Positions 30,733-39,654 of a stretch of DNA of 64,000 bases are shown here, piece after piece. Numbering within the stretch: the stretch's first letter is position 1; every line of letters starts with the position of its first letter. The stretch is from Chthoniobacterales bacterium (GTDB lineage Bacteria; Verrucomicrobiota; Verrucomicrobiia; Chthoniobacterales; Chthoniobacteraceae), in contig JBBQZX010000030.1 in NCBI GenBank assembly GCA_038207335.1, positions 1 to 64,000 on the forward strand, in the 5' to 3' direction. Below the pieces are notes generated by a model. The model was not told where the DNA came from. It was given only the letters and a program-made list of their open reading frames with translations, and ran no database searches. Both the position numbers and the translations under genes were made by a program.

Positions 30733-30866
30733 CGGACCGACCGCACTTGAACCTTCTGCCAGAGTTTCGCAGCGCCATAGACGAACGCCGCCGGTTTGAG
30801 CAAGCGCAACGCAAAACGAATCACGCCCGACGGATGGTCCGTTGCGCACTAATGCGCTGAGCAGCA

Positions 30867-31712
30867 ATGCCTTCCATGCGCAAAGTTTCACCACTCTCAC
30901 CGAAACGTGCGGGAGCTGTGCCGCGGAGAATCGACTCATTGCGCCGCCGATTCCCGGCTCAGGTCAATTGGTTGGCGGCGCGCTTTTCTGCCGAGGGTAA
31001 TTTTGGATTGCACCTCACGCTCGGCGCGCTGGCGTTGCTCGCGATGGCGTGGATTTTCGGCAGCATTGCGGAAGACGTGGTGACACGCGATCCGATCGTC
31101 TTGCTCGATCAAAAAGTCGCAAACTGGTTTCGACAGCACGGCACGGCGGCCTTTTTTCAGGCGATGTCCGTGGTCACATTCTTCGGTTCCGGCCTCTGGA
31201 TTTTTTGCGTCGCCGCCTGCGGAGCGGCGCTCCTGAGTTGGAGGCGGGCTTGGTATCGCTTGCTCATTCTGCTTCTCGCCGTTCCGGGCGGCGCGTTGCT
31301 CAATCTGTTGCTGAAAATGGCGTTCCACCGAGAACGCCCGCTTTGGGACCATCCGCTCGTCGTCCTTCATAGCTATAGCTTTCCCAGCGGACACACGATG
31401 GGAGCCACGTTGTTCTACGGTTTAGCGGCAGTGTTAGGATGTTACTGGGTGCGCACCTGGCGCGGGCGGGTTTCCATCGTTGCTACCGGGAGCTGCGCTG
31501 TGTTCCTGATAGGTCTCAGCCGCGTCGCCTTGGGAGTGCATTTCCTGAGCGACGTGCTCGCCGGAGCGGCTGCCGGACTCGCGTGGCTGTCTCTTTGCGT
31601 GACATCGGTCGAAACACTGCGCCGGCGGCATTTGGCGCAGTCGCGGGCCTCGCATGGAATTCATGCCTCCGCGAAGTCCGAAGTGCCGCAGGTCAGCGAT
31701 ACTCCAAGGTGA
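30867..31712 (+). CDS. PAP2 family phosphatase
   Basis: 'KMAFHRERP', 'SFPSGH', 'SRVALGVHFLSDV'. Confidence 0.92.
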   Translation: MPSMRKVSPLSPKRAGAVPRRIDSLRRRFPAQVNWLAARFSAEGNFGLHLTLGALALLAMAWIFGSIAEDVVTRDPIVLLDQKVANWFRQHGTAAFFQAMSVVTFFGSGLWIFCVAACGAALLSWRRAWYRLLILLLAVPGGALLNLLLKMAFHRERPLWDHPLVVLHSYSFPSGHTMGATLFYGLAAVLGCYWVRTWRGRVSIVATGSCAVFLIGLSRVALGVHFLSDVLAGAAAGLAWLSLCVTSVETLRRRHLAQSRASHGIHASAKSEVPQVSDTPR

Positions 31713-31924
31713 AGTTCGCCCGTTTTGCCACCGTAGTCGCGAAGTGCGGCCCATCTTTAAGTGCCTCATGCACAGAGATTTTTTTCTGAGGGGAAACCCG
31801 AAAGGAGAACAAGTGAGTGCAGATTCGGCGATTTTGAACAATTCGCGCGAACTCCTTCACTACTCTCTCACTACTCCGTAACTGGCCAGTTTCGAGGCGT
31901 GCTATCACGCATCCCTCGAAAAAA

Positions 31925-32205
31925 ATGCAGCTCAAATTCCGTCTCTTCCAACGCTCACTCGGCGTTTTTTACAGGCAGGGAATCAACTCCACGAAACGGG
32001 GAAGTCTCAAAACCAAGATCGCGCAGAGGCCGAACGCCTGCTGCTTGCGACGAACGAGAGCCATCGGCAACCGCTCCTCAATCTCGCTCTCGGGCGAACC
32101 TATCTCGCCGCGCATCATCCCAAAATGGTCACGCGAGAGTGGCAATGCGTGATGAACGAAATGGCGAATCATGACATTCCCTCGACCCAGGCGCGATGCG
32201 CGTCC
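31925..32205 (+). pseudogene. tyrosine integrase remnant (N-terminal part)
   Basis: 'MQLKFRLFQRSLGVFY...SLKTK' then frameshift to 'DRAEAERLLLATNESHRQPLLNLALGRTYLAAHHPKMVTREWQCVMNEM'. Confidence 0.6.
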
Positions 32206-32499
32206 CTGCCACTCGAGAGTCAGAATCAACAGTGTAGTTCGTCTTGCAAAAGCAATCTTCTGTTTCCCTCGGTGGGGGCAGGGTCGCCTGCGTTTTAGTG
32301 GACGACCTGGAGCCGCAGGAACCGTGTGGGATGGCCGGGATCCGTGCCGAGATACTGATCGCCCACTTGCACGTCGAAAATCGGGTTGCCACCGGTTTCC
32401 GACACGGGGACTCCTACCACCAGAGCGACGAATGGATTGCCATTGATGCTCCGTGCCAGGTCGGTCCACGGTCCGGCGGGGTTGTCGGCGCCCTGGACG

Positions 32500-32665
32500 G
32501 TCGGCTGTCGTAGCGCCCATACCGTTTCCGGCATTGCTTGCGCTCGCCCCGCAGATGCGCGTGGAGCGTGCATCCCGCTCTGAAATCCCGCCTGACGTGC
32601 CGGTAGATCGTTTCATGGCTGATCGCCTGTCCCGCGTCCGCCCCAAGATTACGAAGACCAATTTT
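32500..32665 (-). mobile_element. IS30 family transposase remnant
   Basis: 'ISHETIYRHVRRDFRAGCTLHAHLRGERKQCRKRYGRYDSR'. Confidence 0.75.
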
Positions 32666-32688
32666 CTCATGAGCAGCGAATTCCTTCT

Positions 32689-33092
32689 GTGAAGAAGATT
32701 CTCGTCATCGATGATGAGCCGGAGTTTACGGTCCTGCTCCAACGGGCGATGCCAGAATTCACAGTCCGGGTAGTTGCTGATCCTAAAGTTGCGCTAACAA
32801 CCGCCCGTCGCTTTAAGCCCGACGTTTTCATCCTCGACTTGGTGATGCCCGGCATTGATGGACCGATCTGGCGACTCAGATACGGAGTGATCCAGAATTC
32901 AAACAAGCACCCATCATTTTTTTGTCAGCACTCGTTCATAGTAGAGATGAGACAGACGAGCCTATCTTGCTGAACGAGTTTCCTGCTTTTGGCAAGCCCT
33001 TCAGTATAGAGAAGCTGAAGGAATGCATCGCACAGCAGCTAACACCGACACCGCCACTTGAGAAGAGGCATAGATTATTCGGCAACGACTAA
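32689..33092 (+). pseudogene. single-domain response regulator, frameshifted
   Basis: 'ILVIDDE...ILDLVMPGIDG', one-base deletion near 32863, then 'DLATQIRSD...PIIFLSA...KPFS'. Confidence 0.8.
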
Positions 33093-33210
33093 TCTGATCC
33101 CGTAAAAATGGCTCTGTTGCCGCGGATCGTGAAGAGAACGGCAGAATCATTTGGTGGTAGCATCGCTTGAGCCTCATTGCTAAGAAATGAATCCGTTGGA
33201 CCTTGCGCGA

Positions 33211-33771
33211 TTACTTCGACTCGCCAAACAACCTGTGCAGGGAGACTTCGATCGAATGCCTGCCATCCCCCACCCAAATTGTTCCATCCTGCACCGTCAC
33301 ATCCAGCTTCATTGATCGATTCGCCAGCATCGCCAGCGCCTGACTTTGCATTGATGGCACCTGCCACACATTCAAATTCCCCAACCGCTGGACCTTGGAG
33401 CCGATGTTGTTCCACCATTGCGACGTGCTGGAGCTGAAGCTGTAAACAATGACACGCGCAGCTCGCGAACTCGCTCGCATCAGCCTCTTCTCTTCCGGCT
33501 GCCCAACTTCGATCCAGTGCTGAAGTTGGCCAGTTAAATCCTTCTCCCAAAGTGAAGGCTCGTCGGCGTCCCACATATCCTTCGCGAATTCGAGAGTTCC
33601 TTGATCATTGGAGCTCGTCGCACTGAGAGCGAAGGCGAGCAAGCGAATCAACATGCGTTCGTCTGTTTCTGAAGGATGTCGGGCAATCATCAGGTCATAA
33701 TCGCCGTAAAGATTTCGGTCGATGTCGGCAAGCTGGAGCCTGGCTTTATAGATGGTAGCTTTGATGGCCAT
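33211..33771 (-). CDS. yaeQ: YaeQ family protein
   Basis: 'MAIKATIYKA', 'ARHPSETDERM', 'WIEVGQP'. Confidence 0.92.
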   Translation of the reverse strand: MAIKATIYKARLQLADIDRNLYGDYDLMIARHPSETDERMLIRLLAFALSATSSNDQGTLEFAKDMWDADEPSLWEKDLTGQLQHWIEVGQPEEKRLMRASSRAARVIVYSFSSSTSQWWNNIGSKVQRLGNLNVWQVPSMQSQALAMLANRSMKLDVTVQDGTIWVGDGRHSIEVSLHRLFGESK

Positions 33772-34048
33772 ACTCGCAGGCTGGGGCTCTAACCGCCCGA
33801 TCTCCGAGTACAAAAACACAAGCGCGTTGCGCGCCGCAAGGTTGAGGTAGAAGCTGTCAAGGCTTCTTCGCTTCTCCAACTCTGGGATCACGTTGTTGAG
33901 CTGGATTGGACATCCGTCATCAAAGGCGCTGACAGCATCGAGCTGTTGGTCTGCGGTCATTGGATTGTTGGCTTCGATTCCCACAAGCGCGATCGACGCC
34001 TCGTATCTCGCATTGATGCTGAAAACGAGATGTCAGGGTGGTTGCGCC

Positions 34049-34397
34049 GTGCCCAACACACCCGCCGGCCTTCGCCAACTTCTCAAGCTGCTCACCCGCT
34101 GGGGCGCTCACGTCCGCGTCTGTCAGGAGCCGAGCGGAGCGAGATAGCCAAAGGGCGGAGCTTTTGACTGAAGGGCAGCACCGGATGGGAGGCGCAGGCT
34201 GTCGCGCTCGCCCTGCACCGCGCCAAAAGGCGTGGCGGTCATGGTCGTCAACCCGCGCGCGATCAAAGACCTCCAGCGCCCGGCTCACCGGCGCCAAGAC
34301 CGATAAAGTCGTTGCCCTGGGCATCCTCGAGTTCCTCCAGCGCATGGAGTTTACGCCGTGGACGCTGCCCGCCAAGGCCATGCTGGCCCTGAAATAG
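34049..34397 (+). mobile_element. IS110 family transposase remnant
   Basis: 'NTPAGLRQL...RVCQEPSG', 'VMVVNPRAIKD', 'AKTDKVVA' across frames. Confidence 0.7.
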
Positions 34398-34549
34398 CTC
34401 GGGCGGTGTATGGCTCCTCGGCGACGGTGCCGACTCCGGATGTGGTTGAGAACGCGTCACCGATGTGCAGCTTCGCCTTCGGTTGATCACCGCAAAGCCA
34501 TTCGGCTTGCGTGTCATCTTCACCCAAGAATCTTCGCGGCGCAAAATAA

Positions 34550-34571
34550 TAGTTGACTGATCGGTTTACTA
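34550..34571. promoter_or_regulatory. putative TetR operator
   Basis: Imperfect palindrome TAGTTGAC-TGATCG-GTTTACTA, 16 bp before the tetR start. Confidence 0.6.
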
Positions 34572-34587
34572 CGAGAAGGGTGCAGCT

Positions 34588-35202
34588 ATGCCACGAGTGA
34601 GTCACGCCAAAGAAAAACTGACCGAAGCCGCGCTTGGCTTGATCTGGACAAGCGGGTACGCAGCGACGTCTGTGGATGACATCTGCGCGAAGGCGGAGGT
34701 GAAAAAGGGAAGTTTTTACCACTTTTTCAAATCCAAGGCGGAGTTGGAGATTGCCGCACTGGAGGAGAATTGGCAGCGCAGTCGGCAGGTTTGGAATGAT
34801 CTTTTTTCGCCTGCGGTTCCACCGTTGCAGCGGTTGGAAGATTACTTTCAGTTTGTGGTGAAACGCCAGGGACAGCTCACAGAGGAGTATGGATCAGTTT
34901 TGGGCTGCCCTCTCTGTAGCGTGGGCTCTGAGGTCGGCTCTCGCGAGGTGGGAATCCGGGACAAGACGCTTGAGATCATGGAGCGTTATGTGAAGTATTT
35001 TGAGTCGGCGATTCGGGATGCCGATGCGCAGGGGCTGATAGTCGCGCCTGATGCGAAGGCCAAGGCGACGGCTCTCTACTCCTACTTTCAAGGCGTTATG
35101 GCGCAGGCGCGCATCGCCAACAGCCTGGAGCCGCTCCGGGAGCTGAAGTCGGGTGCATGGGCGCTGCTTGGCGTCCGGCAGGTGGAACTCGTGGGGGCTT
35201 AA
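34588..35202 (+). CDS. TetR/AcrR family regulator (NemR-like)
   Basis: 'GYAATSVDDIC..AEVKKGSFYHFFKSK', 'GCPL'. Confidence 0.93.
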   Translation: MPRVSHAKEKLTEAALGLIWTSGYAATSVDDICAKAEVKKGSFYHFFKSKAELEIAALEENWQRSRQVWNDLFSPAVPPLQRLEDYFQFVVKRQGQLTEEYGSVLGCPLCSVGSEVGSREVGIRDKTLEIMERYVKYFESAIRDADAQGLIVAPDAKAKATALYSYFQGVMAQARIANSLEPLRELKSGAWALLGVRQVELVGA

Positions 35203-35252
35203 CGCCCGAACAAAAAACCAGAGATTGAAAGTCCATTTTTTCGCAAATATCA

Positions 35253-35267
35253 TAGACGACCAGTCAA
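35253..35267. promoter_or_regulatory. second putative TetR operator
   Basis: TAGAC-GACCA-GTCAA upstream of the 35287 ORF. Confidence 0.45.
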
Positions 35268-35286
35268 ATACGAAAGCCAAGAAACC

Positions 35287-35574
35287 ATGAATACGCCACT
35301 CAATCAATCCCGCTGCCACTCGCACAAAGTTGAAATTCCGGCCGGTTTTTGCCGGAAGCTTTCCGATTCGCTGATCGCGTTGAAGGAACAGCTTCACGCC
35401 AAATTCGACCGCGCGCTGCCGGGTCGCCGGCACCTCGTTCGCGAGTTGATCGCCGACGCGGAAGCTCGCGCTTGGGAGACAGCGTTTCCGCATCTCTTTT
35501 TGCCGGATTTTGCGGAGCTGCGTTTCGCGGAAGTGCTCGCGAGCGAACAGCCGGGTTACGCCCACGCGGCGTGA
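35287..35574 (+). CDS. small hypothetical protein
   Basis: 95-aa ORF with 'EAEA/AW.T.FPHLFLP..AE'-type motif. Confidence 0.65.
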   Translation: MNTPLNQSRCHSHKVEIPAGFCRKLSDSLIALKEQLHAKFDRALPGRRHLVRELIADAEARAWETAFPHLFLPDFAELRFAEVLASEQPGYAHAA

Positions 35575-35619
35575 GATTCGGCCGCACTAGAGAAACGTTA
35601 ACTCCAACCATCGCTCGCC

Positions 35620-35750
35620 ATGTGGATCGTCCACCTCGCAATTCGTCGCCCAGACACTTTTGTCGTGATGTCCGTCCTCATCGCTTCAATGGGCATCTTC
35701 GCGATTGTCCGCACGCCGAAGGACATTTTTCCTGAATCAAAATCCCGAAC
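35620..35750 (+). pseudogene. 5' stub of an RND efflux permease (AcrB-like)
   Basis: 'MWIVHLAIRRPDTFVVMSVLIASMGIFAIVRTPKDIFPE'; similarity is then lost. Confidence 0.75.
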
Positions 35751-35891
35751 AACCATGCCGAGTTCGTCCCCGGGGTCTTTTTATTGAAAACCCGAACGAC
35801 ACGATCCACGACGGCACCCAAGTCCCGCCCGCCGCACCGCTCATCACCGCCAAATAATTCCGCAGCCAAAACGCAGGAACCAAAACCATAT

Positions 35892-36653
35892 ATGTCCACC
35901 ACTACACAAAAACTCGCAGGTAAAGTCGCTGTCGTCACCGGAGCCTCCAAAGGCATCGGCGCCGCCATCGCCAAGTCACTCGCCGCCGCCGGCGCATCCG
36001 TCGTCGTCAACTACGCGTCCAGCAAGTCCGGCGCGGATAAGACCGTTGACGAAATCTCCAAGGCCGGCGGCAAAGCCGTCGCCGTGCAGGCCGATGTCGC
36101 GAAGCCAGCCGACATTACCCGCCTCTTCGCCGAGACGAAAACGGCTTTCGGCAAACTCGACATCCTCGTCAACAACGCCGGCATCTACGAGATGCTCCCG
36201 CTGGAAGCGATCACGCCAGAGCACTTTCACAAGCAGTTCGATCTCAACGTCCTTGGCCTGCTGCTCACTACGCAGGAAGCGGTCAAACTCATCGGCGCGG
36301 ACGGCGGCAGCATCATCAATATCAGCTCGGTCGTGAGCACCTACGGCATTCCCGGTGCGGCCGTTTATAGCGCGACGAAAGGTGCCGTTGATTCCATCAC
36401 CCGCGTGCTTGCCAAGGAACTTGGGCCGAAGGGCATTCGCGTGAATGCCATTAATCCGGGCATGGTGGAAACCGAGGGAACCCACGCCGCCGGCATTGAG
36501 GGCAGCGACTTCCAAGCCTCGACCAAAGCCGCGACACCGCTCGGCCGCCTTGGCCAGCCGCAAGACATCGCCAGTGCCGCCCTCTTCCTCGCGTCGTCGG
36601 ATTCGTCTTGGATCACGAGCGAGACATTCCTGATCTCAGGCGGCTTCCGCTGA
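35892..36653 (+). CDS. SDR family oxidoreductase
   Basis: 'TGASKGIG', 'NNAG', 'YSATK'. Confidence 0.95.
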   Translation: MSTTTQKLAGKVAVVTGASKGIGAAIAKSLAAAGASVVVNYASSKSGADKTVDEISKAGGKAVAVQADVAKPADITRLFAETKTAFGKLDILVNNAGIYEMLPLEAITPEHFHKQFDLNVLGLLLTTQEAVKLIGADGGSIINISSVVSTYGIPGAAVYSATKGAVDSITRVLAKELGPKGIRVNAINPGMVETEGTHAAGIEGSDFQASTKAATPLGRLGQPQDIASAALFLASSDSSWITSETFLISGGFR

Positions 36654-36661
36654 TCGCATCA

Positions 36662-36695
36662 CCGGCGGGCCAGCGCTCACTGCCTGGCCCGCCGG
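36662..36695. repeat. GC-rich intergenic hairpin
   Basis: ccggcgggccag-N10-ctggcccgccgg; no U-tract. Confidence 0.6.
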
Positions 36696-36724
36696 CCTTC
36701 ATCATTCGTTCCATTGCCAATCTA

Positions 36725-37810
36725 ATGATCAATCTCTTCACCCCACTCATCGTCGGCGCGATCGAGCTGCCGAACCGCATCATCATGGCGCCGCTCACTC
36801 GCGCGCGGGCCGGCGTCACGCGCACGCCGAATGCGCTCATGACCGAATACTACCGGCAGCGCGCGTCCGCCGGACTCATCATCAGCGAGGCGACTTCCGT
36901 CGATCCGATGGGCGTCGGTTACGCCGACACGCCCGGCATTTGGTCGGAGGAACAGGTGCGTGGTTGGTCGCAAATCACCGACGCCGTCCACGACGAAGGC
37001 GGACGGATTTTCCTGCAACTCTGGCACGTCGGCCGCATGTCCGATCCGATGTTTCTCGACGGCAAAACGCCTGTCGCGCCGAGCGCCGTCACGCCCGCGG
37101 GCCACGTCAGCCTCGTGCGTCCGGAGAAGCCCTTCGTCACGCCGCGCGCGCTGGAGCTGAAAGAAATTCCCGCGATCATCGAGGCCTATCGCCGCGGCGC
37201 GGAGAACGCGCAGCGCGCGGGTTTCGACGGCGTGGAAATGCACGGCGCGAACGGCTATCTGCTCGATCAATTCCTGCAGAGCAAAACGAATCAACGCACG
37301 GACGAATACGGCGGCTCGGTCGAAAATCGCGCGCGTCTCATGCTCGAAGCGACCGACGCCGCGATCTCCGTCTGGGGCGCGGATCGTGTGGGCATGCACC
37401 TCGCGCCGCGCAGCGACGCGCACGACATGGGAGACGCGAATCCCGCGGAGACCTTCGGCTACGTCGCACGCGAACTCGGCCGGCGAAAGATCGCCTTCAT
37501 CTGCGCCCGCGAATCGCTCGACTGCCCGCGCCTCGGCCCCGAGCTGATAAAGGCGTTCGGCGGCGTCTATATCGCCAACCAGCAATTCACGCAGCAGACC
37601 GCAGAGCAGACCATCGGCGCGGGCGAAGCGGACGCCGTCGCCTTCGGACTGCTCTTCATCGCGAACCCCGATCTGCCCGCACGCTTCGCCACCAGCGCGC
37701 CGCTCAATTCACCCGACCCGACGACCTTCTACGCGCCCGGACCACACGGCTACACCGACTACCCCGCCCTCACCTCCACCAACGAACTCGAACCGTCCAT
37801 TATCTCATGA
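36725..37810 (+). CDS. nemA: alkene reductase (old yellow enzyme)
   Basis: 'NRIIMAPLTR', 'QLWHVGR', 'HGANGYLLDQF', 'IANPDL', 'GYTDYP'. Confidence 0.93.
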   Translation: MINLFTPLIVGAIELPNRIIMAPLTRARAGVTRTPNALMTEYYRQRASAGLIISEATSVDPMGVGYADTPGIWSEEQVRGWSQITDAVHDEGGRIFLQLWHVGRMSDPMFLDGKTPVAPSAVTPAGHVSLVRPEKPFVTPRALELKEIPAIIEAYRRGAENAQRAGFDGVEMHGANGYLLDQFLQSKTNQRTDEYGGSVENRARLMLEATDAAISVWGADRVGMHLAPRSDAHDMGDANPAETFGYVARELGRRKIAFICARESLDCPRLGPELIKAFGGVYIANQQFTQQTAEQTIGAGEADAVAFGLLFIANPDLPARFATSAPLNSPDPTTFYAPGPHGYTDYPALTSTNELEPSIIS

Positions 37811-38262
37811 ACACCATCTCCGCACCCGATCTCACCACCCGTCCTCCACGCAGCGTGCGCTGCCGCCTCGGCGGTTACGCCCTGCTCCCACGCATGCTCG
37901 ATAAAGGCCGCGCAACCATCGCCGGCACCAATGGCGAGTTTCACTACGACTGCCCGCTCGATCAGCACATCATCAACTTCCTCGGCATCGATCCCGCCGT
38001 GCTCCGCGAACAAATAGCAGCCGACAAAACCGACAGCGAAATTCTCGACTGGATCAACGCCAGCGCGAAACACAAACGCGCGCCGTGGGAAATCGAGCAA
38101 TGGAGCGATTACATGCAGCGCCGCGGACCGGACAGCGACGAGGAAACGCTCACCTACTTCGCCGAAGCCGTCGGAAAGTTCACCAAGACCCGCGAGGACA
38201 TCAAAAGCTGGGCCGACCTGCTCGACCTCGACGACTACGTGACCTTCGGCGGGCGCCCCTGA
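37807..38262 (+). CDS. DUF5069 domain protein
   Basis: 'PRSVRCRLGGYALLPRMLDKGRA', 'YDCPLD', 'LLDLDD'; overlaps the nemA stop. Confidence 0.8.
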   Translation: MNTISAPDLTTRPPRSVRCRLGGYALLPRMLDKGRATIAGTNGEFHYDCPLDQHIINFLGIDPAVLREQIAADKTDSEILDWINASAKHKRAPWEIEQWSDYMQRRGPDSDEETLTYFAEAVGKFTKTREDIKSWADLLDLDDYVTFGGRP

Positions 38263-38310
38263 TCGCCAATCGGGTCAGCGGTGGCTGATCCATGAAACGT
38301 ATTACCGAAA

Positions 38311-39342
38311 ATGATCCTCCATTCCGTTCTCGATCTCGCTCCGATCACCAAAGGAAGCGACGCGGCGCAGGCGTTTCGCAACACGCTCGACCTCGCGCAG
38401 CACGCTGAGGAATGGGGCTACCATCGCTACTGGCTCGCCGAGCATCACAACATCGCCGGCATCGCCAGCGCGGCGACTTCGGTCGTCATCGGCCACGTCG
38501 CGGGCGGCACCTCGCGCATCCGCGTCGGCTCCGGCGGCATCATGCTGCCAAATCATGCCCCACTGGTCATCGCCGAGCAATTCGGCACGCTCGAATCGCT
38601 CTATCCCGGCCGCATTGATCTCGGCCTCGGCCGCGCGCCCGGCGGTGATCAAACAACCGCCCGCGCGTTGCGTCGCGGACTCGGCAGCAGTGGCGATACG
38701 TTCCCGCAGGATGTCGCGGAACTGCGGAGCTACTTCGCGCCCGCCGTCGCCGGACAGCCGCTGCGCGCCATCCCCGGCGCGGGACTGAACGTGCCGATCT
38801 ACCTGCTCGGATCAAGCGATTTCAGCGCACGCCTCGCCGCGGAACTCGGCCTGCCCTTCGCCTTCGCCTCGCACTTCGCGCCGGACTATTTGCACGCCGC
38901 GATCGAGATTTACCGACGCGATTTTCAACCGTCGGCGCAGCTCGCCAAGCTGCACGTCATCGTCGGCGTAAACGTCATCGCCGCCGACTCCGACGCCGAA
39001 GCGAAGCATCTCTTCACCTCGCTGCAACAGGCCTTCCACGGGATCATCAGCGGCGCGCGCAGCGAGCTGCCGCCGCCAGTCGCGACGATGAATGGCCGCT
39101 GGAACGGGATGGAAGAAGCCTACGTGGGACGCATGCTGCGCTGCTCGGTAGTCGGCTCCCCAGCGACCATTCGCCGCGAATTGGAAGCTATCATCGATTC
39201 CACCGGAGCGGACGAAATCATCGCCACCGCACAGGTCTTTGATCACTCCGCGCGCCTCCGCTCCTTCGAAATCGCCGCGGGCGTCTTCGATGAAATCAAT
39301 GCCTCGCGGGCGACTTCGCAGTTGCAAGCAACCGTTCATTAG
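38311..39342 (+). CDS. LLM class flavin-dependent oxidoreductase (YhbW-like)
   Basis: 'YWLAEHH', '[10 protein letters not shown]', '[12 protein letters not shown]'. Confidence 0.92.
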   Translation: MILHSVLDLAPITKGSDAAQAFRNTLDLAQHAEEWGYHRYWLAEHHNIAGIASAATSVVIGHVAGGTSRIRVGSGGIMLPNHAPLVIAEQFGTLESLYPGRIDLGLGRAPGGDQTTARALRRGLGSSGDTFPQDVAELRSYFAPAVAGQPLRAIPGAGLNVPIYLLGSSDFSARLAAELGLPFAFASHFAPDYLHAAIEIYRRDFQPSAQLAKLHVIVGVNVIAADSDAEAKHLFTSLQQAFHGIISGARSELPPPVATMNGRWNGMEEAYVGRMLRCSVVGSPATIRRELEAIIDSTGADEIIATAQVFDHSARLRSFEIAAGVFDEINASRATSQLQATVH

Positions 39343-39654
39343 GCATCCCAACGCTATTCAGTCGATGTCTCTAAACGGTCCATCACGGTCAGCTTCTCCA
39401 CTGCCGATGGCCAGGACAAGGCGGCGGTCGCCGTCGCCCGCGAACTCACCGTCTGGCCTTACTTCAGTTCGCCCACTCGCCACCCAAATCCGCTGAGTTC
39501 GATAGAGTAGTGAACCCGAACCGCGTGCCCACGCCGTAGTCGTCCAAGGTGCGCCGTTGCTTGTGCAAACAACGAGCCTGCCCACTTGCGCGCTGGTTTC
39601 GTTGCTGGCTAAGATACAGCCCTTCCGCGTGTTCTGTGTTCTGTTGCCTGTCCC

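Noticed and set aside
39360..39500. Possible IS110 C-terminal fragment ('KAAVAVAREL') closing a composite element around the nemA operon
   Set aside because: The match is too short and no element ends were recognised.
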